A DNA stretch of 64,000 bases from a virus. This document shows positions 23,476 to 33,951 of this stretch, piece after piece. Location: positions 47,870 to 111,869 of the IMG/VR virus record IMGVR_UViG_3300028864_000019, one strand, 5' to 3'. The position numbers and the translations under genes were made by a program. Within the stretch, counting starts at the first letter, position 1, and each line of letters starts with the position of its first letter. The notes beneath the pieces are model-generated. The model saw only the letters and a program-made list of their open reading frames with translations. It was not told where the DNA came from and did no database searches.

Positions 23476-23820
23476 TTATTTTACGTTGGCTTTTGGAAAT
23501 TGAATCACATTAGATTTAGCCTTGGACTGAGATTGGGACTTTTTAGTTTTAGTCTCAGTTTTTGCTTTAACTTTTTTAGGTTGCTCAATTTCTTTATAAT
23601 TTGCACACATGTTCTTGACAACTTTCCTAAGTTGAATTGTTACAAAATGAGTAACTTTATATGCAGTTTTAAATGTTCCTATAATTAATCTTCTTACGCT
23701 TCTTGGTACAAGTAATAATGCTACATTGACAAGAACCATCATTAATATTAATTGACCTAGTGAGTTTATTATGTATTTCATAAGAAATACCTCCTTCTTA
23801 AAGTTTATTTCATATCTCAA
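23476..23820 (-). CDS. membrane-anchored basic protein
   Basis: N-terminal TM, Lys-rich tail. Confidence 0.55.
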   Translation of the reverse strand: MRYEINFKKEVFLMKYIINSLGQLILMMVLVNVALLLVPRSVRRLIIGTFKTAYKVTHFVTIQLRKVVKNMCANYKEIEQPKKVKAKTETKTKKSQSQSKAKSNVIQFPKANVK

Positions 23821-24163
23821 AAAGTGAGATAGCTTATCGTAAGTTTACTGAAATTGATTTGCTAATTACCAATAACTTATAATATAAATATCATTACAAT
23901 GATTCATCTAGTATATAGTCAACTATTTATACTGAATACCAATTAAGATTAAGTATTCAAACTTGACTTTCATTGCATATCTAGTATAAATAATCAAGCC
24001 ATATACTAGATAAATATTGTAGTGATACCATATCATAAGTCTAGTAATTACATATCAATTCTTAAACTTATGATATATATCTATCTTTTGAAATTAGAAT
24101 AATCTTATTCAGAATATTCTTTCTTTTGTGATATGTATTCCTCCTTCAAGGAGGGGTATTTTA

Positions 24164-24790
24164 TTAATAGCATAATACTTTTGCTATATCTTCCATATTC
24201 ACATCTAATTGAGTTATTTTAAATTGAGTATCATTTTCTGCTTCATAATCTTTATTTGTATTTTGGATTATTATAAGTCGTGGCATTGTTAGTTCTTCTT
24301 CCCCTGTTTCTTCGTTTATTGCCCTTGTTTTATCCAATATGGCATTTATAGTATCGTTATCTTTAAATCGTTTTAAATCTATATAATCATGTCTAATTTG
24401 CATTTCTACAATTTGATAATACATGTTTCCATCAAATTTAAAAGATACATATAGATCTGGTTTAATATTATTAAATACAGGTTCTATCTCTATTTCTTGA
24501 ATATCACATCCTAAAGTTTTCAATCCACACAAATATTCTAAAACTTTTATATTATGAATAGATACTCTTTTTATTTTAGAATCATATGGTACATAAACGA
24601 GTTCGTTGGTTTCTTGATTTTTAAAAACTCTGATATATTCTCCCATTTCAGCAATCTTTTTAAGTCTCTTTCTTGCAACATCATATGCATAACGTTTTTT
24701 TGTAAAATACATATCTGCTATATTTTTTATTGTTGCGTAGCCAATAGTCTCTATAAAATCTATTATCAGTTTATCTCTTTCAACTATCAT
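24164..24790 (-). CDS. replication-relaxation (Replic_Relax)-like protein
   Basis: ERDKLIIDFI wHTH, ARKRLKKI, H, IKPD, IVEMQ PD-(D/E)xK-like; coupled to FtsK gene. Confidence 0.7.
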   Translation of the reverse strand: MIVERDKLIIDFIETIGYATIKNIADMYFTKKRYAYDVARKRLKKIAEMGEYIRVFKNQETNELVYVPYDSKIKRVSIHNIKVLEYLCGLKTLGCDIQEIEIEPVFNNIKPDLYVSFKFDGNMYYQIVEMQIRHDYIDLKRFKDNDTINAILDKTRAINEETGEEELTMPRLIIIQNTNKDYEAENDTQFKITQLDVNMEDIAKVLCY

Positions 24791-26277
24791 AATTTTCTTT
24801 TCCCTTCATTAATTGATTTTTTAGTATTACTAGGTAATTTAGTCTTATCAATAATAGTCATTCCTGTATAATTATCATAAGGAACACAATTAGGTATCTT
24901 AGACATGCCTTCTTCTAGCATTTCCTTTTCTGTTTTAATACGAGTGCCTACTTCTACTAACTTTCTCTTTCCTTGTTTAACTCCATCCCTATGTTGTAAT
25001 TTCTCTAAGTCATCAAACAATGTTCTGTGATTAGGTTTAATAAAAGGTTTTATATATTCATATATTTTTTTATTATCAACTATTGGAACTAATCCGTATT
25101 CCCATGAATCCAAATGATAAACTATTTCTCTTCTCTTTAAATCTAACGCCCTTTTGCTATCATCTGTGGCTATTTCACTTGACTTCTGATTTGCCTGTCT
25201 ATATGATATATTTATATTTGACATTGCTTTTATGAAGCTAGGGATATTATCAACTGTACTTCTTTGTACACTACTATAAAGAAAGACTGAAAGTGAAGCC
25301 CCGTATTGTGCAATGGATTCGATATATCCACTTATTTCTTCTTTAAGTTTCTTTTCATCACTACCATTACCTTTTGTTTGAAAAAGTGCCATCATTTCAT
25401 CAAAAGCAATCAGTATCATAGGTTCTTTTGTAAAAACCTTCTTTAACTCATTATATTCAAAGATATTATCAACTATTGCTTTTTTCCTATAAGGTTTTAT
25501 TTTTGAAATTCTATCAGGTATAATTACTTCTTTTATATATTTCAATACGTCTCTTGTTTTCTCTAAAGTATCTGCAAAAGCTTTAGTATGAATTACATCC
25601 TCATATAGGCAGAGATCATTTTTTGCCACTTGACACAAGTACAATTGTAAATCTTCTGGACTACAATTTACTATTAAATTAGTTATCGTACAATCTTCTC
25701 CTTTTGATTTTCCGCTTCTTGTAGTTCCTGATACTAATAGATGTGGATTTTTTCTCAAATCTCCAAATATAGCATTTCCAGCAAAATCATTGCATATAAA
25801 TAGCTTATAAGGACTTTTCTCTTTAATAATTTCAAATCCCTTTTTGTCATTTTGATTAAATATAAACTTAGCATTTATCCATTTACTAGCCTTTGAATGA
25901 TTAAATATAATACAACAACCTAAATTCTCTTCTATCATATCTCTTTGAGAGTCTAATTTATCAAATGTTAAAGGTGGAACTATATATATCTGTCCAGATA
26001 AACCGTAGGGTGTGAATTTGATTTTATTAAGAGCATAAGTAAAATACATTTTGTTATAAAGCCCTGATAAAGTCATAATATCTAACCATGTATTTTTAAA
26101 TTTATTTATAACCGAAGATTTTTTAGATTCTTTTATTTCTTCTTTTTCCATTATTGCTATACATATTTTTTTGATTTGTTGTTCTAGTCGCCCTTGGCAT
26201 TCTTTTTCTTCAGTGTTATCAGGTATTGTTTTAGGTTCTTTTACTTCTTCTTTTATTTCTTGTTTTAATAATTGCAT
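24787..26277 (-). CDS. FtsK/SpoIIIE-family ATPase
   Basis: PHLLVSGTTRSGKS Walker A, IAFDE Walker B, VQR motif. Confidence 0.88.
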   Translation of the reverse strand: MQLLKQEIKEEVKEPKTIPDNTEEKECQGRLEQQIKKICIAIMEKEEIKESKKSSVINKFKNTWLDIMTLSGLYNKMYFTYALNKIKFTPYGLSGQIYIVPPLTFDKLDSQRDMIEENLGCCIIFNHSKASKWINAKFIFNQNDKKGFEIIKEKSPYKLFICNDFAGNAIFGDLRKNPHLLVSGTTRSGKSKGEDCTITNLIVNCSPEDLQLYLCQVAKNDLCLYEDVIHTKAFADTLEKTRDVLKYIKEVIIPDRISKIKPYRKKAIVDNIFEYNELKKVFTKEPMILIAFDEMMALFQTKGNGSDEKKLKEEISGYIESIAQYGASLSVFLYSSVQRSTVDNIPSFIKAMSNINISYRQANQKSSEIATDDSKRALDLKRREIVYHLDSWEYGLVPIVDNKKIYEYIKPFIKPNHRTLFDDLEKLQHRDGVKQGKRKLVEVGTRIKTEKEMLEEGMSKIPNCVPYDNYTGMTIIDKTKLPSNTKKSINEGKRKL

Positions 26278-26721
26278 ATCGTTTCCTCCTTTCTTTTAAT
26301 ATATACTATGATATTTCTTATTGATGTGTTACAACTTTTTTATTTTAGAATGTGGAATTTTTAGATTCTTTATTTAGTCTATCTATTTTCCTTACTCGTG
26401 ATCTAACATTCATCATTTCTATTTTATTCTCTTTGCTATTACCTTTAAAACAATAAACTGTATATGCAATGGTCATAGAAGCTAACCATCCACCTGCTAA
26501 TATTAATATTTGTTGCATTGTCTTTAACTCCTTATTGATTTCTTATAATATATACTATTCGATAATGATTTAAATGATACCCATTTAATGAAAATAATCA
26601 TTAAATAATTACAAAAATCAGTCAAAAACATCTAAATTTACATAATTTTTAGTAGTTTTAAATGATTATTTTGATTAAAATAGATATAAACTATAATCAA
26701 AACAAATTAATATAATAACAA

Positions 26722-26750
26722 TTGACAAGTAATATTCTTTGTGATATACT
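26722..26750 (+). promoter_or_regulatory. sigmaA promoter TTGACA-N17-TATACT
   Basis: Read directly; predicted start site just before the leader RNA. Confidence 0.8.
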
Positions 26751-26757
26751 AATCTTA

Positions 26758-26868
26758 AGGGATAGTTTAGTCTGATCAACTAAATGATAAAGGAGTATCA
26801 ATCGCCCTTCCCTACTATATTTAGGATTGATAACAAATTAAAATACATATTGAAAGGATTGATTGTTA
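26758..26868 (+). ncRNA. structured 5' leader RNA, copy B
   Basis: GGGATAG-TTTAGT-CTGATCA-ACTAAA-TGA...TCCC; loop TATCAATC complementary to GATTGATA (26825) and GATTGAT (26857, overlapping the SD). Confidence 0.7.
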
Positions 26869-28278
26869 ATGGAAGAAAAGAAAATTAAACAAGAAAAATT
26901 TAAAAAGGTGTTTTTAGATGATTTACCACATGGAGGTAAAGGTGTTAAAAATTCAAGTATAAATTGGTTGGAATCTAAAAATTATAAAGTAAGATTCATT
27001 TATAACAATGTTGAAGGTTGGGTAGAAATTACAGAAGTTAAAAGAGAAAATGGAAAAACTATGTTAGGTATAAAATATTTAGATAATGATATATTTTATA
27101 TATTTACAGGTCACTTTCAACAATGTAAATTAAAAGAATTACTTGGACTAATAAACCATGATTACGTATATAAAGTTAATGAAATAATAAAAGACGAAAA
27201 AAGAAATCTATTAATATTAGAACAATTTTATATAAACGGATATAGATATTATAAATATGAATGTTTGAATTGTAGATATATTGGTACTATAGCTGAAAGT
27301 CATTTAAAAGAAGGAAAAAATTGTTCAATTTGCTCACATCAAAAAGTTCAAAAAGAAATTAATTCAATATGGGCAACTGATAATGAATTAGTTAAATATT
27401 TTGTTAATGAAGAAGAAAGTTATAAATATCCACATTATAGTGAACAATCTATTAAAGTAAAATGTCCTGATTGTGGGTCTATACGAAAAATATCAATAAT
27501 ATCTTTATATATAAATGGATTCACTTGTCCAAAGTGTGGTGATGGAATTTCTATGCCTAATAAAATGATGTTTAACGTATTAGAACAATTATTAGAATTA
27601 GACAATTTCAAAAGAGAATATTCACCAGAATGGATAGGCAGAAGATTATATGATTTTTACTTCATATATAATGAAAAAGAATATATAATTGAAATGGATG
27701 GTGGTTTAGGTCATGGTAATATGGTATATAATGAAAATAATATGACTTCAGAAGAATCCTTAGAAATTGATGACTACAAAGATAAAATGGCTGTTGAACA
27801 TGGAATGCAAAAACCTATTCGAATTGATTGTAATCCCAGCAAATTTGATTATATAAAAAATAATATATTAATGGATGATAGACTAAATAAACTATTTGAT
27901 TTGTCTAAAATTGATTGGAATAATGTTTTTCAATATACTTTAACAAATCAAATGAAAGAAGCTTGTGATTTATGGAATGATGGTAAAAATGTTAAAGAAA
28001 TAAGTAATGTTTTTAAAATTAGTACAGGTGCGATTCGTAGATATTTGAATGATGGAAATAAGTTAAATTTGTGTCATTATAATGGATCTGAAAATAGTAA
28101 GAATAGTAATATAAGAAATGTAATATGTATAGAATATAATTTGATGTTCAATTCCATAACAGAATGTGTAGAACAATTATCAAAAATGTTAAATTTAAAA
28201 TTCAATATATGTAATATATCAGAGGTATGTAAAGGTAATAGAAAAACTCATAATAAATTACACTTTGAATTTGCATAA
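26863..28278 (+). CDS. zinc-ribbon, PD-(D/E)xK/Vsr-like homing endonuclease with NUMOD1-type tail
   Basis: Repeated CxxC; YDFY..IIEMDGGLGH; C-terminal FNSITEC...ISEVCKGNRKTH. Confidence 0.7.
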   Translation: MLMEEKKIKQEKFKKVFLDDLPHGGKGVKNSSINWLESKNYKVRFIYNNVEGWVEITEVKRENGKTMLGIKYLDNDIFYIFTGHFQQCKLKELLGLINHDYVYKVNEIIKDEKRNLLILEQFYINGYRYYKYECLNCRYIGTIAESHLKEGKNCSICSHQKVQKEINSIWATDNELVKYFVNEEESYKYPHYSEQSIKVKCPDCGSIRKISIISLYINGFTCPKCGDGISMPNKMMFNVLEQLLELDNFKREYSPEWIGRRLYDFYFIYNEKEYIIEMDGGLGHGNMVYNENNMTSEESLEIDDYKDKMAVEHGMQKPIRIDCNPSKFDYIKNNILMDDRLNKLFDLSKIDWNNVFQYTLTNQMKEACDLWNDGKNVKEISNVFKISTGAIRRYLNDGNKLNLCHYNGSENSKNSNIRNVICIEYNLMFNSITECVEQLSKMLNLKFNICNISEVCKGNRKTHNKLHFEFA

Positions 28279-28384
28279 ATTTTTAAAGCTTAGATTAATT
28301 TCTAGGCTTATTTTTTAATTGAAAACAAAAAAGCACCTACAATTAAAAAATGTAAGTGCTTGGACTGTTATTATTTATATTTGT

Positions 28385-29467
28385 TTAACTCCAAAAATCT
28401 GCATTCATCATATCTCGTAATTTTTGTTTTGTTGCAACTGGCTCTTCCTTGTTTGTATCTTTAGATGTGGTATTATTACTTTTATTTTTACTACCATTTT
28501 CTCTAAATTCAAATACTTTTTCTTCATCTTCTAATTCTTCGTCTTTCATATTATCATAAGCTTCTTGAAGAGTTTGTATATATTCATCTGGACTTGTTAC
28601 CCCACCAAGTACCATTAAATTCTTACTGCCATAATCGGTCTTTCCCCACATTTTAGCTTTAAATAATTCTTTCCATTCATCTTTATCATATATACCCTTT
28701 TCAAATATACCTCCCATATAAGAACAATCTAAATTATTAGGCATTACAAAAGGAGAATTATCCATACTATAATCTACTGCATCTACTAATGATTTGAATT
28801 TATCAGCCAATGGTAATATTACTTTATATTTGTTTGCTGAATTAATCATTTTAGTATCATTAATATCTACTGCCCCTTCTTGTAATTCATATGAATCTAA
28901 AATTAATTTCATACATAGTTTGTTAAATTCGTCTTCATTTTGCATTTTGTCATTGTCTATATATTGATAAGAATTGACTACCCCTTGAACTCTTAATTTT
29001 GTAATTTTTGAATGTAATTTAAGTGCATTTCCTATTGTTGTCTTTCCTTCTGACAATGCTGGCATAGCAACAACTAAATTAATTGCTAATTTTGAATTTA
29101 AATGCCTTAATACGTTAGTTAATGTTGTAAGTGAACCACCTCCAAATCCGCCACCACTAGCTAGATATATTGACGCAACATCATAATTATCTGTTTTATT
29201 AGCAAGGAAATTTATAAATTTACTTCTATCTTTTGATATGCTTTCTTGTGCTACATCTTGATTCCTTCCTGTACCACCACCATTTATTGCCAAGCCATTA
29301 ATAGTTGAATTATAGTGTTTTAATCTCTTCATTTCATTTATGTTAGAGTTCACAAATACACCATCGTATACCGATTGTAATACGTTTTCTGAATTATCTA
29401 ATAAATCCATGAAAGTATCTAATAGTTTATTACCTGTACCACCTGTCCCAATATTTAGTACGTTCAT
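28385..29467 (-). CDS. tubZ: TubZ, tubulin/FtsZ-like partition GTPase
   Basis: IGTGGTGNK, GGGTGRN, SGGGFGGG signature loop, IDND, VDIND. Confidence 0.85.
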   Translation of the reverse strand: MNVLNIGTGGTGNKLLDTFMDLLDNSENVLQSVYDGVFVNSNINEMKRLKHYNSTINGLAINGGGTGRNQDVAQESISKDRSKFINFLANKTDNYDVASIYLASGGGFGGGSLTTLTNVLRHLNSKLAINLVVAMPALSEGKTTIGNALKLHSKITKLRVQGVVNSYQYIDNDKMQNEDEFNKLCMKLILDSYELQEGAVDINDTKMINSANKYKVILPLADKFKSLVDAVDYSMDNSPFVMPNNLDCSYMGGIFEKGIYDKDEWKELFKAKMWGKTDYGSKNLMVLGGVTSPDEYIQTLQEAYDNMKDEELEDEEKVFEFRENGSKNKSNNTTSKDTNKEEPVATKQKLRDMMNADFWS

Positions 29468-29470
29468 TTC

Positions 29471-29734
29471 TTAACACATCCCCTTTAATTCTAATAATTC
29501 TTTCATTCCCTTTTCAGTAACAATATAACTTTTTGCATTTTTAACTGATAATCCGTTTTCAATCAATCCTTGGTTGAAAAAATTCAATAATGTATTAGTT
29601 ACTTTTGTTATACTCATTCCTGTTTTATCCATAATTTCTTTTTTAGTAGTACCATTTGTTTTTATATTACCTTTGGTTTTATCATTTTCACTTAAAATAC
29701 TTTGAAGTATTTTAAAATCGTTTTGCGTTATCAT
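29471..29734 (-). CDS. tubR: TubR-like winged-helix centromere-binding protein
   Basis: 87 aa wHTH (TKKEIMDKTGMSITKVTNTL...YIVTEKG) immediately upstream of tubZ. Confidence 0.65.
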   Translation of the reverse strand: MITQNDFKILQSILSENDKTKGNIKTNGTTKKEIMDKTGMSITKVTNTLLNFFNQGLIENGLSVKNAKSYIVTEKGMKELLELKGMC

Positions 29735-29845
29735 TATTGTGATTTCACCTCACTTTTAGATAAGTATAACAAATATATAATTATAAATCAATAGTAATTT
29801 TAAAAATATCGTATCTGTATAGTATTTTAATTTTGTAACTGTTTT

Positions 29846-29980
29846 AATATACTATATGTTTAATATACAAATAGTGTTACTATAGTTGTTAAATACTTTA
29901 TAAATAGTGTAACTATAAAAGTATAGTAGTTTATATATACTATATGGATAGTGTATGATTAGTTTATAAATAGTGTGTAA
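29846..29980. repeat. candidate tubC centromere / promoter repeats
   Basis: AAATAGTGT x3, TTTATAAATAGTGT x2, ATATACTATATG x2 between tubR and tubY. Confidence 0.45.
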
Positions 29981-30150
29981 GTAAATCTAAAGTATCTCAT
30001 TTAGTAAGTAAAGTAAAGTGAAACTTAAAATATCAAAAACTTAACTAAATATAAATTATCATAAAAACAAATATAATAATAGTGATTACTTTTTATTACT
30101 TTATGGTATACTTATAATATAATTAGAATTCATAAAGGAGTGATTTAGAT

Positions 30151-30894
30151 TTGGATAACTTTAATGATAATGACAAACATATTGTAGATACTGACTTTAT
30201 AGAAGTTGACATAGAAGAGAAATTAGAAAATATGAATATAAATAAAGAACCGTTATATTACACAAGGGTTCAAACAGCTAAAATATTAGGAGAGAATGAA
30301 AGTACTATTTCATATTGGAGCAAGCAATTTCAACCATTATTAAATTTAAAAATTATTAATATGACTAGGAAATATACAAAAATAGACATAGAAAACTTAA
30401 TGTTTATTCAAAAATTACTTAGACAGGATCATTTAACTATCCAACAAGCACTGGAGTACTGCTCAGAAAAAGGTTTTAATTCAGAATCAGGCTTAGTTGA
30501 TAGTTCAAATCCATTAGCTGTTCAAACATTTATATCAGCTATGACGGTAGAGTTTGATAAAAAGGTATCAGAAATGCAGAATACTATTATTCAGCAACAA
30601 CGAGAAATGATAGAAAATTTACAGAGTATAATCCTTCAAAATAATGAAGAACTCAAGCAAGAAATTTGTTTAACAGTAGATGAGGTGGTCACAGAAAAAA
30701 TTAATGATTTTGAAAAGAATCTTATAGAAGATCAGTCACAACAAATCCAAAATAACTTTAATAACATGAGTAATAAAATCATTAATGAAAATACTAAAAT
30801 GATGAATGAGTTCAAATGTATCAAATTAGAAGAAATTCAAAAACAAGAAGAACCAAAAGGATTCTTTAGCAAAATATTCAATTTTAAGAACTAA
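30151..30894 (+). CDS. tubY: TubY-like MerR-HTH coiled-coil protein
   Basis: YYTRVQTAKILGENESTISYW...RKYT MerR HTH, long coiled coil, amphipathic C-terminus KGFFSKIF; next to tubRZ as in phage c-st. Confidence 0.7.
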   Translation: MDNFNDNDKHIVDTDFIEVDIEEKLENMNINKEPLYYTRVQTAKILGENESTISYWSKQFQPLLNLKIINMTRKYTKIDIENLMFIQKLLRQDHLTIQQALEYCSEKGFNSESGLVDSSNPLAVQTFISAMTVEFDKKVSEMQNTIIQQQREMIENLQSIILQNNEELKQEICLTVDEVVTEKINDFEKNLIEDQSQQIQNNFNNMSNKIINENTKMMNEFKCIKLEEIQKQEEPKGFFSKIFNFKN

Positions 30895-31065
30895 TAACTC
30901 AACATAAACATTAAATATAATATTAATGTCGAATATGGTATTAATTTCTAACCATCAGACAGGTCGTAAGAATGGAGATAGGATTAAAAGAGTATTAGTT
31001 GTTGTCTTAAAATTTTAAGTCTCAGATTTGACGAGAAGGGCAATACAAGCGATATCTAATAAACA

Positions 31066-31413
31066 GGACTAATGTAGGACGAAAAATTCAATATTAACTC
31101 TTTACATTGCAATATTGTGATTAAAACTATTAATAATTATAGTTTCGTACTATATCCGTCCTTTTTATCTACCCCAAAAAGCCTTTTTACGTACACCTAG
31201 AGTAGCTTTCATGTACTATATCCGTCCTTTTTATAAATATAGAACCGTTGATATCACTTAATTAGAAGTGTATGGTAATATAGAATAATTAAAGTTGTTG
31301 TAAAGCAACAACAAATATATTTATTAATAGTGGCTTAAAAAGGATTGATTTAGTAGATAAAAAGGACTAATATAGGACGTGACAACAATAAAAGGGACTG
31401 ATGTAGGACGAAA
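31066..31413. repeat. 19-bp iterons of a plasmid-type replication origin
   Basis: GGAC(T/G)RATRTAG(G/T)ACGAAA-like copies at 31066, 31342 (degenerate), 31364, 31395 on + and 31143, 31209 on -, directly upstream of rep. Confidence 0.8.
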
Positions 31414-31434
31414 ATATATTGAGGTGGGCTATTT

Positions 31435-32604
31435 ATGGCATATGAACAAATATCAATGTTAATGGATAATACAAAACAATTAAATAACGTAAACTATACT
31501 TATAAATCATCGGCACTTATAGAAAGCTCTTATGAATTAACAATTACAGAACAAAGAATAATCGCATTAGGATGTAAAAAATTACAGCCAATATATATAG
31601 AAAACAGACTAACACCGAATGATTTACAAAAAGTTTTAGGAGCAATGAAATTCAGTTTGATTGAAATATCTGTGTCGGAATACAGAGAAGAATATGGAAT
31701 TGTTGGTAATAAAGTATATGATTCAATACAAAATGCTACTGATGATTTATATGAAAAAGAAATAGTATATTTTGATGATAATGGTAAACTTTGCAAAAGA
31801 CGATGGATGTCATCGGTTAATTTTGATAGAAAAAATGGCAACGTACAAATAACCTTTAATATAGATCTTATTTTAGATTTATTAGTTTTTAACGGTAAAT
31901 TTGTTGCTTTGTTTTTTGATATGTCGCAAGATATAAAAAGTAAATATTCATTTCGTATGTATGAAATATTGAAAAATAGTGCTTATTTAGGAAAAATGAA
32001 AATTTCAGTCGAAGAATTTAAATTTAAGCTAAAGATAACGGATAAGTATACTGATTTTGCAGATTTAAATAAAAAGATAATAAAGCCCAATTTAGAAGTA
32101 ATAAATTTATATAGTGATATATCTCTAGAATATAAAACAATTAGGTCTGGAAGGAATGTAAAGTGGTTATGTTTTAATATAACTAAAAAAAGAAATACTA
32201 CTTTTTCAGTAGATAGCAAGTTTAAAGAAAAGATACCTTCGGCATTTAATGAAATTTCTACTGCATTAGAAAAATATAATTGTGAATTAACTTCTACTGA
32301 CGCACAAACATTATTCGATACAGCTATTGAAGTGACTAAAGAGAAATATCCAGATACAAATCCTGTTAATTACATTTTAGAAAAAATCAACTATATGGAT
32401 AGCTATATTACAAAAAAACCTATAGATAATATCATTGGATTCTTAAAAAACGCAATGGAAGAAGATTATGGATTAAAATCAATTGAAGTTCAACAAAAAC
32501 AAACTAAATTCAATAATTTTGAAGGAAGAGAATATAATTTTGATAAACTTGAAGCTGGGTTATTAGGATATGAAGAAGTTGCAATAGAAGATGTAACTAA
32601 ATAA
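31435..32604 (+). CDS. Rep_3 (RepB-type) plasmid replication initiator
   Basis: LIESSYELTITEQRII, KSKYSFRMYEIL, YTDFADLNKKIIKP.LEVIN, GRNV motifs. Confidence 0.9.
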   Translation: MAYEQISMLMDNTKQLNNVNYTYKSSALIESSYELTITEQRIIALGCKKLQPIYIENRLTPNDLQKVLGAMKFSLIEISVSEYREEYGIVGNKVYDSIQNATDDLYEKEIVYFDDNGKLCKRRWMSSVNFDRKNGNVQITFNIDLILDLLVFNGKFVALFFDMSQDIKSKYSFRMYEILKNSAYLGKMKISVEEFKFKLKITDKYTDFADLNKKIIKPNLEVINLYSDISLEYKTIRSGRNVKWLCFNITKKRNTTFSVDSKFKEKIPSAFNEISTALEKYNCELTSTDAQTLFDTAIEVTKEKYPDTNPVNYILEKINYMDSYITKKPIDNIIGFLKNAMEEDYGLKSIEVQQKQTKFNNFEGREYNFDKLEAGLLGYEEVAIEDVTK

Positions 32605-32748
32605 CCCTTACATTAAATTCATTTACTTAAACGCCAAAATACGCCTCAAATTTAAGACTTGTCCTATCAAAGGTAATAGTTGTTGTCTAAAATTAGAACG
32701 TCTTAGAGAGTCGAATAAGGGTAAATAAATCCTATATATAGATATATG

Positions 32749-32781
32749 AGAATGTAGTAGAAATTATTACATTCTTTTTTT
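32749..32781 (+). terminator. intrinsic terminator after rep
   Basis: AGAATGTAGTA-gaaat-TATTACATTCT followed by a T run. Confidence 0.75.
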
Positions 32782-32892
32782 ATGTTTTGAATTAAATTGA
32801 TAATTATATTATTTTAAAACAAATTAATGTATAAATGATTGACAAATAACTTCAACAGGTTTAATATGGTAATTGAGGAAGGAGGGGAAAAT

Positions 32893-33870
32893 ATGGACGA
32901 AAATCTATTCGCAAAGATACCAACAATTTTATTCTATGAAATAATTGAAGATGAAATAACAGAAAGAAACAAATGCGTAAAAGAGAATAGTATCTTAACT
33001 AATATAAGAGATAGTAAGGTTCTACTAATACTATATCAATTATATATAAGAACAAATTATACTAATGAATGTGATACATCTGTCAGCAAGCTAATAAATA
33101 AATGCAACTATTTCAGTAATACTAAAACCAAAGATGAATTTAAATCTATATTAAATAATCTGTGCAATTTAAAATATATTAATACAAGTGATGATATAAA
33201 TAAATTAAAGCATAATGATTTAATAACATTTGGCACAAGTAAGTTAATTGATATGGATAGCTTTGTAATACTAGAACAAAAAGAATTAAATACAATAACT
33301 TCAAGTAGTACAAGTAATAAAGAAATATTAAATCTTTTAAAAGTATATTTATATCTCAAGTGCAAATGTAATAAAAGAAAAGATGGAGATAATATTCAAA
33401 AGGCTGGTGGAAGGGCACAAGTTGCTTATCCTAGCTATAATAACATAACTGAATATACATATACTAGTGAAAGCCATATAGTTGAATACATAACCAAACT
33501 TAAAGAGTTAGGGATGATAGAATATAGAAATCTAGGTAAAAAGTATCTTGAGAATGATCCTAATAAGAAAATAACTGATTGCACTAATTTATATGTTATA
33601 ACAAATTTAGTGCAGGGAGAATATGTTGATTTAGAATTTAAAGAAGGATTAAAACAACAAAGAAATTTTTATGAGAAAGATGGATATATAATAATTAATG
33701 ATAATAGCATAAATGATAAATCTATATATGGACGCAAAGGTTATTTAACTAAGAAACTAAATAATAATACTATAACAGAAAAAGAAATAAAAGAACTTGA
33801 ATTGATAGATACTGATATAGAAGAATATAAAACAAAATACAAACCTAAAAAAGAAAAGAAGAGAGAATAG
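32893..33870 (+). CDS. winged-HTH replication-initiator-like protein (paralog of 16612..17538)
   Basis: FAKIPT, AYPSYNNITEY...YITKLKELGMI; ATG 32893 follows GGAGG. Confidence 0.55.
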   Translation: MDENLFAKIPTILFYEIIEDEITERNKCVKENSILTNIRDSKVLLILYQLYIRTNYTNECDTSVSKLINKCNYFSNTKTKDEFKSILNNLCNLKYINTSDDINKLKHNDLITFGTSKLIDMDSFVILEQKELNTITSSSTSNKEILNLLKVYLYLKCKCNKRKDGDNIQKAGGRAQVAYPSYNNITEYTYTSESHIVEYITKLKELGMIEYRNLGKKYLENDPNKKITDCTNLYVITNLVQGEYVDLEFKEGLKQQRNFYEKDGYIIINDNSINDKSIYGRKGYLTKKLNNNTITEKEIKELELIDTDIEEYKTKYKPKKEKKRE

Positions 33871-33951
33871 TCTGGGCGACTTCCAAGGCGAACAGGAGAG
33901 TCTTACTAATTCTTATTATATATTTATTAGTTCTTATTACACCTCCATTGT

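Noticed and set aside
26758-26813. Hammerhead ribozyme (CTGATCA resembles CUGAUGA)
   Set aside because: The motif lies in a terminal hairpin loop rather than a three-way junction, and the GAAA/UH core arrangement is missing.
31066-31413. CRISPR array
   Set aside because: Repeats are degenerate, in both orientations, irregularly spaced and next to rep, which fits iterons; no cas genes.
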